Assembly: GCA_964016885.1 (NCBI GenBank) | Contig: OZ024755.1 | Location: 34,658,001-34,722,000 of the forward strand | Source of the DNA: Eledone cirrhosa | Lineage: Eukaryota | Length of the DNA: 64,000 nucleotides | Direction: 5' to 3' | Shown: piece after piece, positions 1 through 13,584 of the stretch | How the letters are laid out: each line of letters opens with the position of its first letter | How positions within the stretch are numbered: position 1 is the first letter of the stretch | The notes under the pieces: generated by a model | Databases searched by the model: none | Seen by the model: only the letters and a program-made list of their open reading frames with translations | What the model was told of the DNA's origin: nothing | Translations under genes and position numbers: made by a program

Positions 1-1
1 G

Positions 2-143
2 GGAAGACCAAGGTTAACGTATGTTGATGCCCTAAGGACAGACACTGGTTTGTTGGAGACCCAGGACATGGCAGCGATAATGAGGGACAAAGACCGCTGG
101 AGAGAACTCGTCCATGGATATTGGGAATTTTACCCGCCCTAGA
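2..143 (+). mobile_element. 3' end of an RTE-clade LINE ORF (cut by window start)
   Basis: Frame from nt 2 reads GRPRLTYVDALRTDTG...MRDKDRWRELVH..*, matching the RTE C-terminal GRP...DR..WR motif. Confidence 0.7.
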
Positions 144-191
144 TATAAGAGAAATGTTGGTTGGTTTAATCGCACGAAAACTACACACATC

Positions 192-657
<466 letters not shown>

Positions 658-799
658 GCGTGTAACTATGTGAGACAACGCAACGCCATTGTAGCAGGAA
701 AGGGGGGAGGGGACGAAAGTAACCATTAACAGAGAAAATGTTTGTTTCTGTGTGCATGTATGTGTGCGTCAGTGAAGATATGTGTGTGTGTGTGTGTTT

Positions 800-1092
800 G
801 TGACGTCCCACAAAAGTCTTAAACTTCTAGATCAAAGTCTCAGTTGAATGTTTAACAATATTGCGTCAGCTTTTATAAAGTTGTTTTACACCAGTCTTTG
901 AAAGTTTCAGATCAAATTGATAAAAATCATAAGCGCCGAATTAACCGATCCTGACAAAAAACCCCAAAACTATTTATTACACACACTTATACGCCATACT
1001 GTAAACCAGATAACACATCCAATACAGTCATTTTCTCTTCTACCTGTCTTCTCTTAACTGTTCACTCGGGTGAAGCCGGGTAACTCAACTAG
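800..1092 (+). mobile_element. Non-autonomous Helitron 3' part (5' end uncertain)
   Basis: Hairpin ctcgggtgaagccggg followed 8 nt later by terminal CTAG (1089-1092); same 3' architecture as the Helitron at 4330-5159. Confidence 0.5.
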
Positions 1093-1240
1093 CATATAAA
1101 TATATATATATATATTTTTAGTTTATAAATATATATATATATATATTTCTCATTGGCATTATAGACTCTGTATCCCCCCCTCTCTCTCTCTAAATATATA
1201 TATATATATGTGTGTGTGTGTGTAAACGAGCATTTGTTGC

Positions 1241-1730
<490 letters not shown>

Positions 1731-1734
1731 CCCG

Positions 1735-3786
1735 CATCCCTCTTAAGGTAACTGAACTCGCTCCTTTCGAAGCGGACCTTCTTGACCTAGTCGCTAGCAT
1801 TTCCTTTCGCCAACACCCTAACACCGTTCAAACTAAACTTAGAAATGATATTAAGAAATTTAGGTCTTCTAATAACACTTTCGTTCTTTCTGACAAAACT
1901 AATAATATTTACGAAGTCGACAACACTACTTACAGCCACCTGGCCCATAACGCTATTACTTCCAAATATAAGAAGGCTAACCCTATGGCCTACCATGACA
2001 TTAATACAGAAGCCAAAGACCTTGCCACCGCCCTCAAGGTAGATAAGAAGCTACAATGCTTGGCTTAGCGGGAGGCATTCCTCACCCTGAAAGATCACAA
2101 GGTAGACTTTACTTCTAGTCCCACGTGTAGACTACTAAACCCGACATGCACGGAAATGGGACTGGTCAGTAAGACCATTAGGACCAAGTCCAACTTGTCC
2201 CAGTGGGAGAACAGCGACTCCGTAATTAAGTGGTTTAACTCCTTCACGCAATTCTACATTGTAGATTTTTACCCGTCGATCTCAGAGACCCTGTTAAACA
2301 AAGCGTTGGACTTTGCTACCACTTACACTACCGTCCATGTTTTAGACAGGGGAATCATCGCTCACTGCCGGAAAACCCTCCTCTTCAACAACGGAGTAGC
2401 CTGGGCAAAGAAGTCAACCACTTCAGAACTATTCTACGTCTCCATGTGATCGTTTGACAGTGCTGACGTATGCGACTTGGTTGGCCTATTTATTTTATTA
2501 ATATGTCTAAAATAAATATACCGCGACGATGGCCTGACCTTATTGAGCCATAAAAGTGGTCACGACCTGGACCGGTTTAAAAAAGACTTAACTTCTACCT
2601 TGAATGAGTTAGGACTTGGGATAACAGCAGCTACCAACCTCTCTAGCGTAGATTTCTAAGACATTAATTTAGACCTTCACACACACACACAACTACAGAC
2701 CCTTCCATAAGCTTAACGAAAAACTCAATTACATTCACAAGGACTCATGCCACCGTCCCACTGTTTTTAGAAACTTCGTAAATAATATCAGTATTAGAAT
2801 CTCTAACTTCTCCTCTAATAAAGCTATCTTTAACAGAGCGGCACCCTACTATAACACGGCGTTATATAACAGCGGCTTCTCGCAACCTATCACTTACTCT
2901 CCCACTAACAACAACAGCAATAAGAAAAGAAAGCGTAACAATAGACAAACTATCTGGTTCTCCTCCCTTCTCACTCAACGTTAAAACTATTGTAGGCAAA
3001 CCATTTCTAGCCCTCTTAGATAGACACTTTCCCATAGGCTACAAATACCGCTCCATCTTTAACAGACACAAAGTAAAACTAGGGTACTCCTGCGCTAAGA
3101 ATATGAAGGCCCATATCACCAACAGCCCTAAGAGCAACATCCCACCAGGGTGCTATTGCCGAAAGCCTGAAGCTTGTCCCCTTCAACAGCAATGCAACAC
3201 ACCCGCTGTAGTTTATGAAGCTGTGGTCACTTCCAACCGACCAAATCAACCACAGGAGGTCAAATCATATGTGGGTATGGCGGAGAGCCGATTTAAGGAA
3301 CGGTCCCTGAACCATCAGTCGACCTTTAGGTACCCGGACAAACGATCATCCACGAAACTCGCGAGCCACGTATGGTCCCTCAAGGACTCAAGTATAGACT
3401 ACTCCATTCAATGGAAAGCCATCACTAAGTCCAAGCCATACACAAGGGGCAATCCATCTTGTGGACTATGTATTGACCAACGGATAAATATTCTAAAGAG
3501 ATTACGCAATAGCGATTTCCTAAACTCAAGAAATGAAATCTTCACATGTTGTCCACATATCTGGAAACACCTCTTACATAACTACAAAGCTCCGGATTGA
3601 ATAACAACAACATCCTAATTTTCTTATCAACTAGAACCTTTCGGACTTTCGCCCGCAGTTTTGTATTGCATGGGTGAAGTGACCGTTTCTGCGCATGCCC
3701 GTTCATACTGTTGTCCTTCATGTTCGGTATAACCATGACCATTACGAGCTGAGGATCCGCTAAGGTGAAACAATTGTTCACGGTAT
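1735..3786 (+). mobile_element. Decayed Penelope-like retroelement, Naiad-type (RT + GIY-YIG endonuclease + pLTR)
   Basis: Frameshifted and stopped ORF pieces with LSDKTNNIY, FLTLKDHK..CRLLNP, IVDFYPSI, M*SFDSADVCDLVGL, YRDDGL (about 2519), CxCx5C-PL..C linker, VVY..SYVG (GIY-YIG) and C-terminal LNSRNE..CPH; HHR-like motif follows the stop. Confidence 0.9.
3743..3786 (+). ncRNA. Minimal hammerhead ribozyme motif in the PLE pLTR (degenerate)
   Basis: CTGAGGA-tccgctaaggt-GAAAC-AATT-GTT with palindromic stem III (ACAATTGT); stems I and II imperfect. Confidence 0.55.
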
Positions 3787-4170
3787 GCGACGGCTGGAGA
3801 GAAATGAAGCAAGTATGCTCCGTTGGATGTGCAATGTCAATGTGCGTGAACGACCAAGCATAGATGGGTTGAGAGAGAAACTGTGTATAAGAGGGATAAG
3901 TTGTGGTGTGCAGGAGAGAAGGCTGAGATGGTATAGACATATGATGCGCATGGAGGATGACCGATGGGTGAAGAGGTGCAAGGAAGTCCCAGTGGAGGGA
4001 AGACGCAGTACAGGTAGACCACGAAAAACATGGGCGGAGGTGGTGAGAGAAGGCTTCAGATAGCTGAAACTCACGGAGATGACGAAGGACCGTGACGGGT
4101 GGAGAGATGCTGTGCTGAATAGGACCCGTCCAACCCTTGCAAGCAGGAAAAAGCGGACGTAAATGATGAT
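3785..4170 (+). mobile_element. 5'-truncated RTE LINE 3' end
   Basis: RRLERNEASMLRWMC...RLRWY.H..RM...GRPRKTW; (TGA)n tail. Confidence 0.9.
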
Positions 4171-4329
4171 ATATATATATATATATATATATATTTCGTT
4201 TCTGAATTTGTTTAGCAAGATTCTTTATCTGAAATCGTGTGTTGAAACCGATATTGTTATACTTTGGGAGGGTCATGTTGCCAATAAGAAATACACGCAC
4301 CAGTTGCTTTCACTTCAATTTATTATATA

Positions 4330-5159
4330 CTAGCAGTAAAGCCCGGCGTTGCTCGGGGTCGCTCAGTAGCTGTGTTAAAGTTACAATGTTAAGTTTCTTT
4401 TTTGGCTTAAAAACTGTAATGTCTACTGTGCAGACTTGCATGTGGTGTTTTTGATTAATATTCCCTCAACCAACAATATGCCTTATGAAGTTAAGAAAAC
4501 ATAACGATAACCCGAATGTTATAACAAAAGAGGATGCTGGGGATAAAAACTGCACTGGTTATTTATTAACAAAGATCGAAAATGTAAACACTGCAACGCA
4601 GAGAAAAACATTAGCGTAACCAAATTATCAGTTATGTCTGTCTGCACGCCTATATCACCTCTCTGCACGACTGCCTGTCTGCACGACTGCCTGTCTGCAC
4701 GCCTGAAATATTTGCTTGTTTTACGTAGTCTTTAAATAGACTTGTTTTCAAGTAAAAATATTGTTTTAAAATGCTTTTAAATGGAAATGAAGCAAAACGG
4801 AAGCTTAGTGTTCGAACTGATGAATTTTGCAGGTCAATATTTTGCTGGCTCGACAACTGTTCGTGTATTGTGTTAATGTCATTTTAAACGCTGAGAAAGC
4901 CAGCGTAATTTTTTACGTAAGACGCTCAATGTAAACAGAACAAAGGGAAATAACTGATAACTTACGCTCAAAAATCGATACATCATATTCGATTTCGTCA
5001 GATAGGGTGGGTCAATTTGAAATATTTTTTTCCGATGTCTTCGCTAGGGCTCAATGTACAAGTATAGCAATTTCGGTGCAATTCCGTGAGAGATTCTAAG
5101 AGGAGATGTGTGCCAAAAATCGATAGACAGACAGACAACCACAGTTTTATATATATAGA
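4330..5159 (-). mobile_element. Complete non-autonomous Helitron (Lep1-like architecture)
   Basis: Minus strand starts TCTATATATATAAAA, has (CTGT)n, ends with hairpin CCCGAGCAACGCCGGG plus CTAG; inserted between A and T. Confidence 0.85.
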
Positions 5160-5392
5160 TTTATAAATTTACAAATTTATAAATTTATGGTTGGTTGGTT
5201 GGTTGGTTCCACAACCAGATAGTTGTTTATATATATTTGTTTATATATAAACAACTATCTGGTTGTGGAACCAACCAACCAACCAGAAATTTATAAATTT
5301 GTAAATTTATAAATTTATAAATATATAATAAATTGAAGTGAAAGCAACTGGTGTGTGTGTTTCTTATTGGTAACATGACCCTCCCAAAGTAT

Positions 5393-5446
<54 letters not shown>

Positions 5447-5761
5447 CAAAATATCATTCAAAGAAGCTAAATAACACTTTTAATTAGTAAATGATTGGCC
5501 ATATTTTTTTGTCTTTTGTTTATAATGATTTAAAGTGAATTCAAATTATGAAAGGAAATATGAAAACGTTAGATCAAAGAGGTTACCATTACTGATGTGA
5601 CAATCATGTATTTTGTTTAGTTATCAAAAGTACTACAGTGTTGATTGGATTGGTAATTTGATCTCAATCAGCTACTTTAAACAGTGCTAAAATAATTGTA
5701 ATACATAAAAATGACTGACATGTCAAAGGATTTGAAAGCAAAATTTACTCTACGTTTCTAG

Positions 5762-5830
5762 TCAGAGTACTTATCTGTTACGATGTCTGTGATGAGACAA
5801 CAAACGTCATTACACTTGAAGAAGAAAAAG
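5762..5830 (+). other. Possible 69-bp host exon (unassigned)
   Basis: tttctag acceptor, AAG|gtaaaa donor, open frame RVLICYDVCDETTNVITLEEEK; no recognisable homology. Confidence 0.2.
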
Positions 5831-6417
5831 GTAAAATATTTCATGGGAAAAGACATCAAAGATCGCAAAAGAGTACAAAATATAATCTCTGTAAATATAC
5901 GTTTTTTGTTTTTTTTTCATTTTGTTTGGTTCTGTGTTTCTCTTGTTTACAATTACACCAGTTATCTGAACAATTAGCCAACAAAACAACAATTTATCAG
6001 AACGAAATTCCCCATCCCGCACTCATCTCATGTTGGATAATTGAGATCTAAGGGTCATACACGAATTCTTCACAAAGAATGGCGTGTAAGCAAAATGAAA
6101 AGATCACTTTCAAATGATCAGCTTAATATCGCTTGATTGGTCAAAATAGCCCAAGTGAGGGGCAGTAGTGAAAATATGACTAAGGATGACAAATTATACA
6201 TATATATATGTATTTCTCTCTATCCTTGTCTCTTTGCATACATTTCTTCATCTTCTTCTTTTTTATTTACATACATCTCTTCACCTTCTTCTTCTCATCT
6301 TCGTTTTCTTTCTATATAACTATCATAACAGTTTCACTACCAAATCAACTTTTTAAAAGGAAGTTGCATTATTAAAAGGTATGTCACTAATTATTTATAA
6401 AACAGCTTATGTATTGC

Positions 6418-6481
6418 ATTTTGTCTGAGGAAGGCATAACATATTTTTAATATGATATCCCAGAAATATATATAACGAAAT
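6418..6481 (+). ncRNA. Type I hammerhead ribozyme, family A copy 1
   Basis: attttgt-CTGAGGA-[stem II]-GAAA-T-ATAT-A-TA-acgaaat; stem I pairs 7/7 including one G-U. Confidence 0.7.
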
Positions 6482-6522
6482 AAATATGGTTTTATAAATA
6501 TAGTTTCCATTTGTTTAATAAC

Positions 6523-6560
<38 letters not shown>

Positions 6561-6922
6561 GTAAAAAAGAAAAGAACAGTAGAAAATGCTAAAGAGATTT
6601 TCTATCAGAATAACATCAAAACATTTATTTACAAAATAGGAATTCCCGCATTGATTGCACCGGTTTCAGCCTATACGCTTTTTCAATGACGGGAGTGAAT
6701 AATGCAATTAAATTGCATATTAATAAGAATAAAAATGTTATTAATATGCAATTTAATTGCATTATACATTTCTACTGCCTTTTTTACTATATTTATATAT
6801 TAGCCGGTAAAAACTTAAAACCACAACTGAATACTAACCAATACAATTACTAATACTCTTTTATTCCTAATTAAACTATTTTTCAACTGTGAACAATTTG
6901 TCAGCATTTTCTATTCCGTTTA

Positions 6923-6982
<60 letters not shown>

Positions 6983-7118
6983 AAATTATGTCCATAGAAT
7001 CATTTGATAAGATATATACACCATTTCCTCTCCTAATTAGCATAATCAACCACACAAAAAAAAAACAATTAAACCAGGCTATAAGATTAAAAGGCACTTA
7101 TGAAGAAATAATAGATAA

Positions 7119-7152
<34 letters not shown>

Positions 7153-7492
7153 GGAGTGTGGTTTGTGTGAAATAAAGTGAAATGACAGGAGGCCAAATAT
7201 GTTGAAAATCCTTAATTATCTATTCCTGCAAACACTATGCACATTTCAGTGGTTAGGTTGCGTTATAACCCGATTACATCTTCAGGTGTAAATTGCATAA
7301 TAGATCTATACCAATGGAATGATGGAAAACTTTAAGGAAACAACCAAAGAAAAAAACAGAAAAGAAGAAAATTGTGTGTTTATGATTTTGACCCAGAGAC
7401 AAACAAAGAAGCGTTCGGCTACACTGCCTCGTTGCGCTCGTGCGTGCGTGTGCGTGTGAGAGAAAAACCACAGACCCTCCATCTCAACTCTG

Positions 7493-7528
7493 CTTTTGAA
7501 AAGAAGAAGAACTGCGAAACCGGTAAAG
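7493..7528 (+). ncRNA. Minimal hammerhead, U3-A8 core variant (repeat family also at about 43310-43430, minus strand)
   Basis: ctt-TTGAAAA-gaa gaagaac tgc-GAAAC-CG-GTA-aag. Confidence 0.5.
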
Positions 7529-8194
7529 GAACCAAATAAATATATATATATATTTTTTAATAAGACTCCAGGTGCATTTTCGATTTCATCTCTTTTTCTT
7601 TATACTTTCACTCGTGGAGGACACATTTTGTAAAAAAAAACCTCACTCTCTAATATATATATATATACAGAAAGTTCAGTAAAACCGAAAAAAATTGGTG
7701 AGAGAACCATAGTCAGCATTCGATGCAGAGCAGACTGTATACAATAAGAACAAAGTGGGGGTGTTACATATTACATACCGCGACGACTAAGGGACAACTG
7801 TATATACTTAAGATATATACTTATGCTTTGAACATCAGAATTTCTTATTCTGAAAATAAACAAACAAACAAACACAAAAAAACAACAACAAATAATCTAA
7901 TAATAGGGGATTTCTAGCTACTGTACATTTTTTGTATGTAAATATAATTCGTTTTCATTTGAAGAGAATAAATATTTTGTTTTCATTTGAAATCACTGTT
8001 TTTTTTTCATTTCTGAAATATTTAAGTTTCGAATTCTTAAGAATGAAAATGTTATTACAAAATGCAAACAAAATACACTATACACTTGAAATGCAGATAA
8101 AACATATATAAAATATTCATTCATACACGGCATATAAGCCCTAATTGAAAAAAAACTTTGGTTCAGCTTTTTCTGCTGCACTTCGAGCTGAGGA

Positions 8195-8455
8195 GGCCAA
8201 ACTCTCCAAGTACCGGTCACTCTCCGACAGGTTTGCGGTTGTGCCCTTGACAGTGAAGACTTCTGGTGTCCTTGGCTAAAGGGCTACCTCCCTATTCACC
8301 ACCATACGTGCTGAGCTGGCCAGCCGCAGGTGTGAGCCTCGCCAGATGAAATGGCTCTTCCAGCGCATCTCCCTTACCATCCTCCGGGGAACGCCTTCTC
8401 CATTCTGTCCGCCGAAGCTGTGGGGCGGCCAGCACTAGGGACCCCATTTGCTCAC
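8195..8455 (+). mobile_element. CRE-clade non-LTR retrotransposon C-terminal (REL endonuclease) fragment
   Basis: Translates to ..VKTSGVLG...WLFQRISLTILRGNA..; GC-rich island. Confidence 0.7.
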
Positions 8456-8644
8456 TAAACAGAGAGATGGAGGTGATGATGGTTGGAGTTCGACTCTTCC
8501 CCGTTCAGACACATTACACCTGTCAAGAGTGTATTTTCATACTTGTGACGATTGTGAATTCCTATTTATAATTTGAATCTTACAATATTATGATTGGATT
8601 GCACCTGCCTCGCATTGGAGGTAAACAAAATCAAGTGTTTCCAT

Positions 8645-10050
8645 ACTAGAGCGTCAGACACCATGCCTTGCAGCATAGAGTTATGGCCCTTTATGGCCGA
8701 GGTTAGCTTTGCCTTTCACCGTTACGGGATCGATGAAATAAAGTACCAGTAATGCACTGGGTGTTTGCTGGCCTTGTGCCAAAAGTAGAAACAATTATTT
8801 CTGGTTCAGTAGAAGGTCAGACACCATGTTTTGCAGCACAGAGTTGTAAATAAAAAACAATCAACGTAAAAAGCCATAACTCTATGCTGCAAAGCATGGC
8901 GTCCGACCCTCTACTAAACCAAAAATGATTGTTTCTACTTTTGGCACAAGGCCAGCAATTACTCCAGTGCATTACTGGTACTTTATTTCATCAACCCCGT
9001 AAAGATGAAAGGCAACGCTAACCTCGGCCGGATTGAAATCAAAACGTAAGGGGCCACTACTCTATGCTGCAAAGCATGGCGTCCGACGCTATACTGAACA
9101 AAAAATAATTTATACATATAAGTATAAATATTATTATTATTATTATTATTACATTCTGAGTTCAAATCCCGCCGAGGTTAACTTTGCCTTTCATCCTTAC
9201 CAGGTCGATAAAATAAGTACCAGTAATACACTGGTAATTGCTGGCCTGGTGCCAAAAAAGTAGAAACAATTATTGCAATAGCAAATAAAAACTTTTAGTA
9301 TTACACTCATTAAATAGTGTTTCTCCGACCAATTAATTCAAAAATGAATAATTTCCTACTAGATAGGAAAGGCACAATTTTCACCTCCAATGCACGACAG
9401 ATGTAATTGGATAACTTTACCGAATATATTTTTTATAAATATTAAAAAGTAAATTTTAAATACAAAATTTGCTGATTCTGAAAAACTGTTGTTTAAAGCC
9501 TTGTTAAAGGATAAAAAAAAAATCTCCATGGACCTTTGAATTGCCAGTGACGAATCTTAAGTATGGAAAGATCTCAGAGATATATGACATCTTTTAGTTA
9601 GAGTTCTATAATAATTGTTCCTACTTTTGGCACAAGGCCAGAAGTACATTACTGGTACATTACTGGTACTTTATTTTATCAACCCCGTAAGGATGAAAGG
9701 CAAAGTCAACCTCGGCGAGATTTGAACTCAATCCGTAAAGGGACGCCATGCTGGAAAGCATGGCGTCCGACTCTCTACCGATACTGCCAAGCCAACTGGG
9801 TCGTCAAATATGAAATTTGTAGAAATTTGTTGTTTTTTTTCTACAAATCTCTACAAATTTCATACTTTACGACATAATATGGTTTCTAGAATAGGTAGAC
9901 AGCCAGTAATTTCGGGGAGGGGAAAGTCGATTAAATCGAACCAGTACATTACTGGTACTTTATTTTATCGACCCCGTAAGGATGAAAGGCAAAGTTAACC
10001 TCGGCGGAATTTGAACTCAGGCCGTAAATCCGCGGAGGTTAACTTTGCCC
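8645..10050. mobile_element. Cluster of tRNA-derived SINE family A copies in both orientations
   Basis: Repeated core ttaactttgcctttcatccttacggggtcgataaaataaagtaccag and tail ggccttgtgccaaaagtagaaacaattatt. Confidence 0.9.
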
Positions 10051-10447
10051 AATATAATAATAATGCTTACAGAACGAAAACACACATGATATATAATATA
10101 CACAACTATAAACGTATAACGAATAAAAGAAATACATATAATCATAATTGTATATATTTTCATGGTTGAAAGTATTGAAAGAATAGAAGTATTTATTAAA
10201 AACAAAATTCATCTTTATATTTCTATAATCAAAATATTGATAATCTCTGTTATATATATATTTTATATTTCCATACTTAAAATACATGGAATAGTCCTAT
10301 TTTATTGTTCTATGAAAGTGAAGGTAAAATTGAAGAAAAAGGCATTTTTTTTTTTAATTGTAGTGACGATGTATTTGTTTTGCAAGTTTGCCGATATAAT
10401 ATCGTGCATTGAAAGAGATATGGTTATATTTGGGGGAAGGTCATCTA

Positions 10448-10844
10448 CAGACCTGTCAACTCTCCTCGTTTGACATGGAGATCTCCCACCCACTTTGGGG
10501 TGGACAAGAGATGTCTTCTCTTGTGAAAATGGGTATAGCTTTCATTATGTAAAACCTTTGCCTTTCATTCTTACGGGGTCGATAAAGTAAAGTACCAGTA
10601 ATACACTGGGTTATTGCTGACCTTGTGCCAAAAATAGAAACAATTATGTAAAACCTCCTTTGCTTTTCATCCTTACGGGGTCGATAAAATAAAGTACCAG
10701 TCATGCACTGAATAATTACTGGCCTTGTGCCAAAAGTAGAACCAATTATGTAAAACCTCCCCATTGTATCTCATTTCTACCCGTTTTGGGGGTACCTGTT
10801 TTCGTGGTACTCCCCGTTTGGGTTTTTAGAGGTTGACAGGTCTG
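10448..10844. mobile_element. TIR MITE (hAT-like) with two nested SINE A fragments
   Basis: TIRs CAGACCTGTCAAC / GTTGACAGGTCTG; empty sister copy at 60607-60804; no clear TSD. Confidence 0.75.
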
Positions 10845-11094
10845 TGTTTTCCTAATATTGCCAGAAAAAAAAAATAAAACACACTCGCTGTTTTGTTTGG
10901 TTTGGTTTTCGCTTCAATATATTTTTAGATTTCAATAAATAATTATTTTTATTATCATATAACAAATATAGAAAGTCGATCGACAAGTTCCCAGATATCA
11001 TTCGCTTAACAAGTGGAGTGGAGTTCGTCAAATCGGACCGAGGAAACAATGTTTCCATTGGTCTTTCCAATTGCTAATACTATCTGTCAGTCGC

Positions 11095-11212
11095 AACTCC
11101 AAGCAAAAGGAGCAACATGAAATAAAGTGTCTTGCTCAAGGACATAACGCATCACCCGGTCAGGGAATCAAAATCACAACCTCACGATTGTGAATCCAAT
11201 TCTCTAACCACT
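11095..11212 (-). mobile_element. SINE family B head/CORE-like fragment
   Basis: Reverse complement reads tagtggttag...gtccttgagcaagacactttatttca. Confidence 0.75.
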
Positions 11213-13250
11213 ATAAGATTAAATAGAAGTAGACACATATAATCAATTCATTATTGCTAGGAATCTTATAAATATAATACACAATAGTATACAATCAAAG
11301 CGAAAGAAAATCCCCTCAATTTAACACCAAGTGCGTCAATGGATCACACACCATAAGGGACATTGGAAGTTTTTGAGGCAAGCCAACAACGAAAACCGAA
11401 ATATAAGAAACAAAACGTAGCACTTACTGTAATTTGTGTTCCTGTGAATAAAGAACGAAATATGCTCCACCAAAATTCCAATTGTAATGGCTTCCTGTTT
11501 GTGTACATATGCTGCCAGTAAAACAAACGAAATGTCAACTCAATTTCTATTATATTTAACCGTTTCCAAGACTTTAACTACAATGTTCAATCTTACTATA
11601 TATAAATTCCATTAAATTTAACTGTCTGTCTTTCTATTTTCGCTTGTGGCTATATATATATATATAACAAAGAAAGTATGGTAAGAAACTAGGTGGACCA
11701 TAACGCACCAGAGTACTAGATACTTAGAGTAGTAGAGTGGGTATTAGGAAGAGTCACCACCCCGCCGGCTGAGCTCCGGTCGTTTCGGATCTAGCAGTCG
11801 AAACAGTCGGAGCTCAGCCGTCGGGGTCGTGACTCTTTTCTTATATATATATATATATATATTTTTTTATTTATATATATATTATATATATATATATATA
11901 TACTCTCTTCCTGTCATTTCAGGCGTTAAACTAATATATTTCTTCCACCTACTGTGCCGTTTTGTTGTTATATAATACACACACACATATAAGTTACATT
12001 TAAAATTATGTCATGTTTGAGATAATCTCGAACTTGTGTCTTAACCCCTAAGAATAAGCTCAAAGAATAAATCTGAGCATTTAATCATTACAAAATAGTG
12101 AATGACATATATACATATATATCTAATGAAATATATATATATACATAAATATGTAATGATATATACGTACAATAGAACATATCAACTTTAACAGGAGATA
12201 ATCTGTATAGAATGTAATAAGAAGATATGGTTCATTACGGTATCATATTAAAATTAAACAAAAATTTAAAATATAGACCTGATAAAAATTATATATATAT
12301 ATATCTAAATATAAAAATGTTTCAGCTTTTAATTTCACTTTAATGGAACCCTAACAGAAGACATTGTCAATTAATGGCTGTCAGTCAACCGGATTAGTAT
12401 TCTACAGGGTGGTCCGAAAGTCTTAATGGTCTGAGTTCAAATCCTGTCGAGGTTAACTTTGCCTTTCATCCTTACGGGGTCGATAAAATAAAGTACCAGT
12501 AATACACTGGCATAATTGCTGCCCTTGTGCCAAAAGTAGAAACAATTTTTTTTTTTTAAATAATATAATATATATCATTAATTATAATATATAATAATTG
12601 TTTCTACTTTTGGCACAAGGCCAGCAATTATCACCAGTGTATTACTGGTACTTTATTTTATCGACCCCGTAAGGATGAAAGGCAAAGTTAACCTCTGCGG
12701 GATTTGAACTCGGATCATAAAGGGACGTAACTCTATGCTTCAAAGCATGGTGTCCGACTCTCTACCGATACTGCCAATCCACCGCCTATATAATAATTGT
12801 TTCTACCCTTGGCACAAGGCCAGCAATTACCCAGTGTATTACTGGCACTTTATTTTATCGACCCCGTAAGGATGAAAAGCAAAGTTAACCTCGGCGGGAT
12901 TTGAACTCAGATCGTAAAGTGACGTAACTACGCTGGAAAGCATGTCCGACCCTCCACCAAGAAATAAGATTTCGCTTCAAACATAGCTTTATACAATATG
13001 TATAGAAATTTCGTATTTCTAAAGAAATACGGTTTTATGAAGCCGTAGCTATGTAAACACCGGGAAGGGGGGGGGGGGCTTACGCCCTCTGGTGGTGTCC
13101 AGCAGTTCAAATCCCGCCGAGGTTAACTTTGTCTTTCATCCTTATGGGGTCGAAAAATAAAGTACCAGTAATGCACTGGCTAATTGCTGGCCTTGTGCCA
13201 AAATTAGAAACAATTATTATATATTATAATTAATTATATATATTATATTA

Positions 13251-13584
13251 TTTCTATACATATTGTATAAAACTATGCTTGAAGCGAAATCCTATTTCTT
13301 TTCTATTGTAAGTTGAGCCAACTTATGCAGCTTCATATGCAAATGAGATTAATCACCTCATTTACACAGACGAGAAAACTATATATTCTCGGCTATTTTC
13401 AAGTCCAGCAGTAGCAAACGGGGGGAGAGATCGTCCTGACGAAGGCCAGGCAACCCTGAAATGCATATATGGTCCCTTGCTTCTGCTGGACACCATCAGA
13501 GGGCGTTAGCCCCGCCCCCTCCCGGTGTTTACATAGCTACGGCTTCATACAACCGTATTTCTTTAGAAATACGAAATTTCTATA
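13251..13584 (+). mobile_element. 326-bp retrozyme-like (HHR-bearing non-autonomous) monomer
   Basis: Terminal repeat tttctata; inverted copy at 12959-13105 reads across the end-to-start junction; contains an HHR and ATGCAAAT. Confidence 0.65.
13403..13491 (+). ncRNA. Type I hammerhead ribozyme with extended stem I
   Basis: CTGACGA (13436)-agg...cct-GAAA (13458)-TGCA-TA; stem I closed by gtccagcag/ctgctggac, agcaa/ttgct and gatcgt/atggtc. Confidence 0.7.

Noticed and set aside
2447-3745. Selenocysteine readthrough in the Naiad ORF (reported for some Naiads)
   Set aside because: The in-frame TGA replaces the conserved Gly of MGSFDG, other stops and frameshifts are present, and no SECIS was evident by eye
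7390-7530. CpG-containing promoter or first exon
   Set aside because: The 3' part is a dispersed repeat with a reverse-complement copy at about 43310-43430
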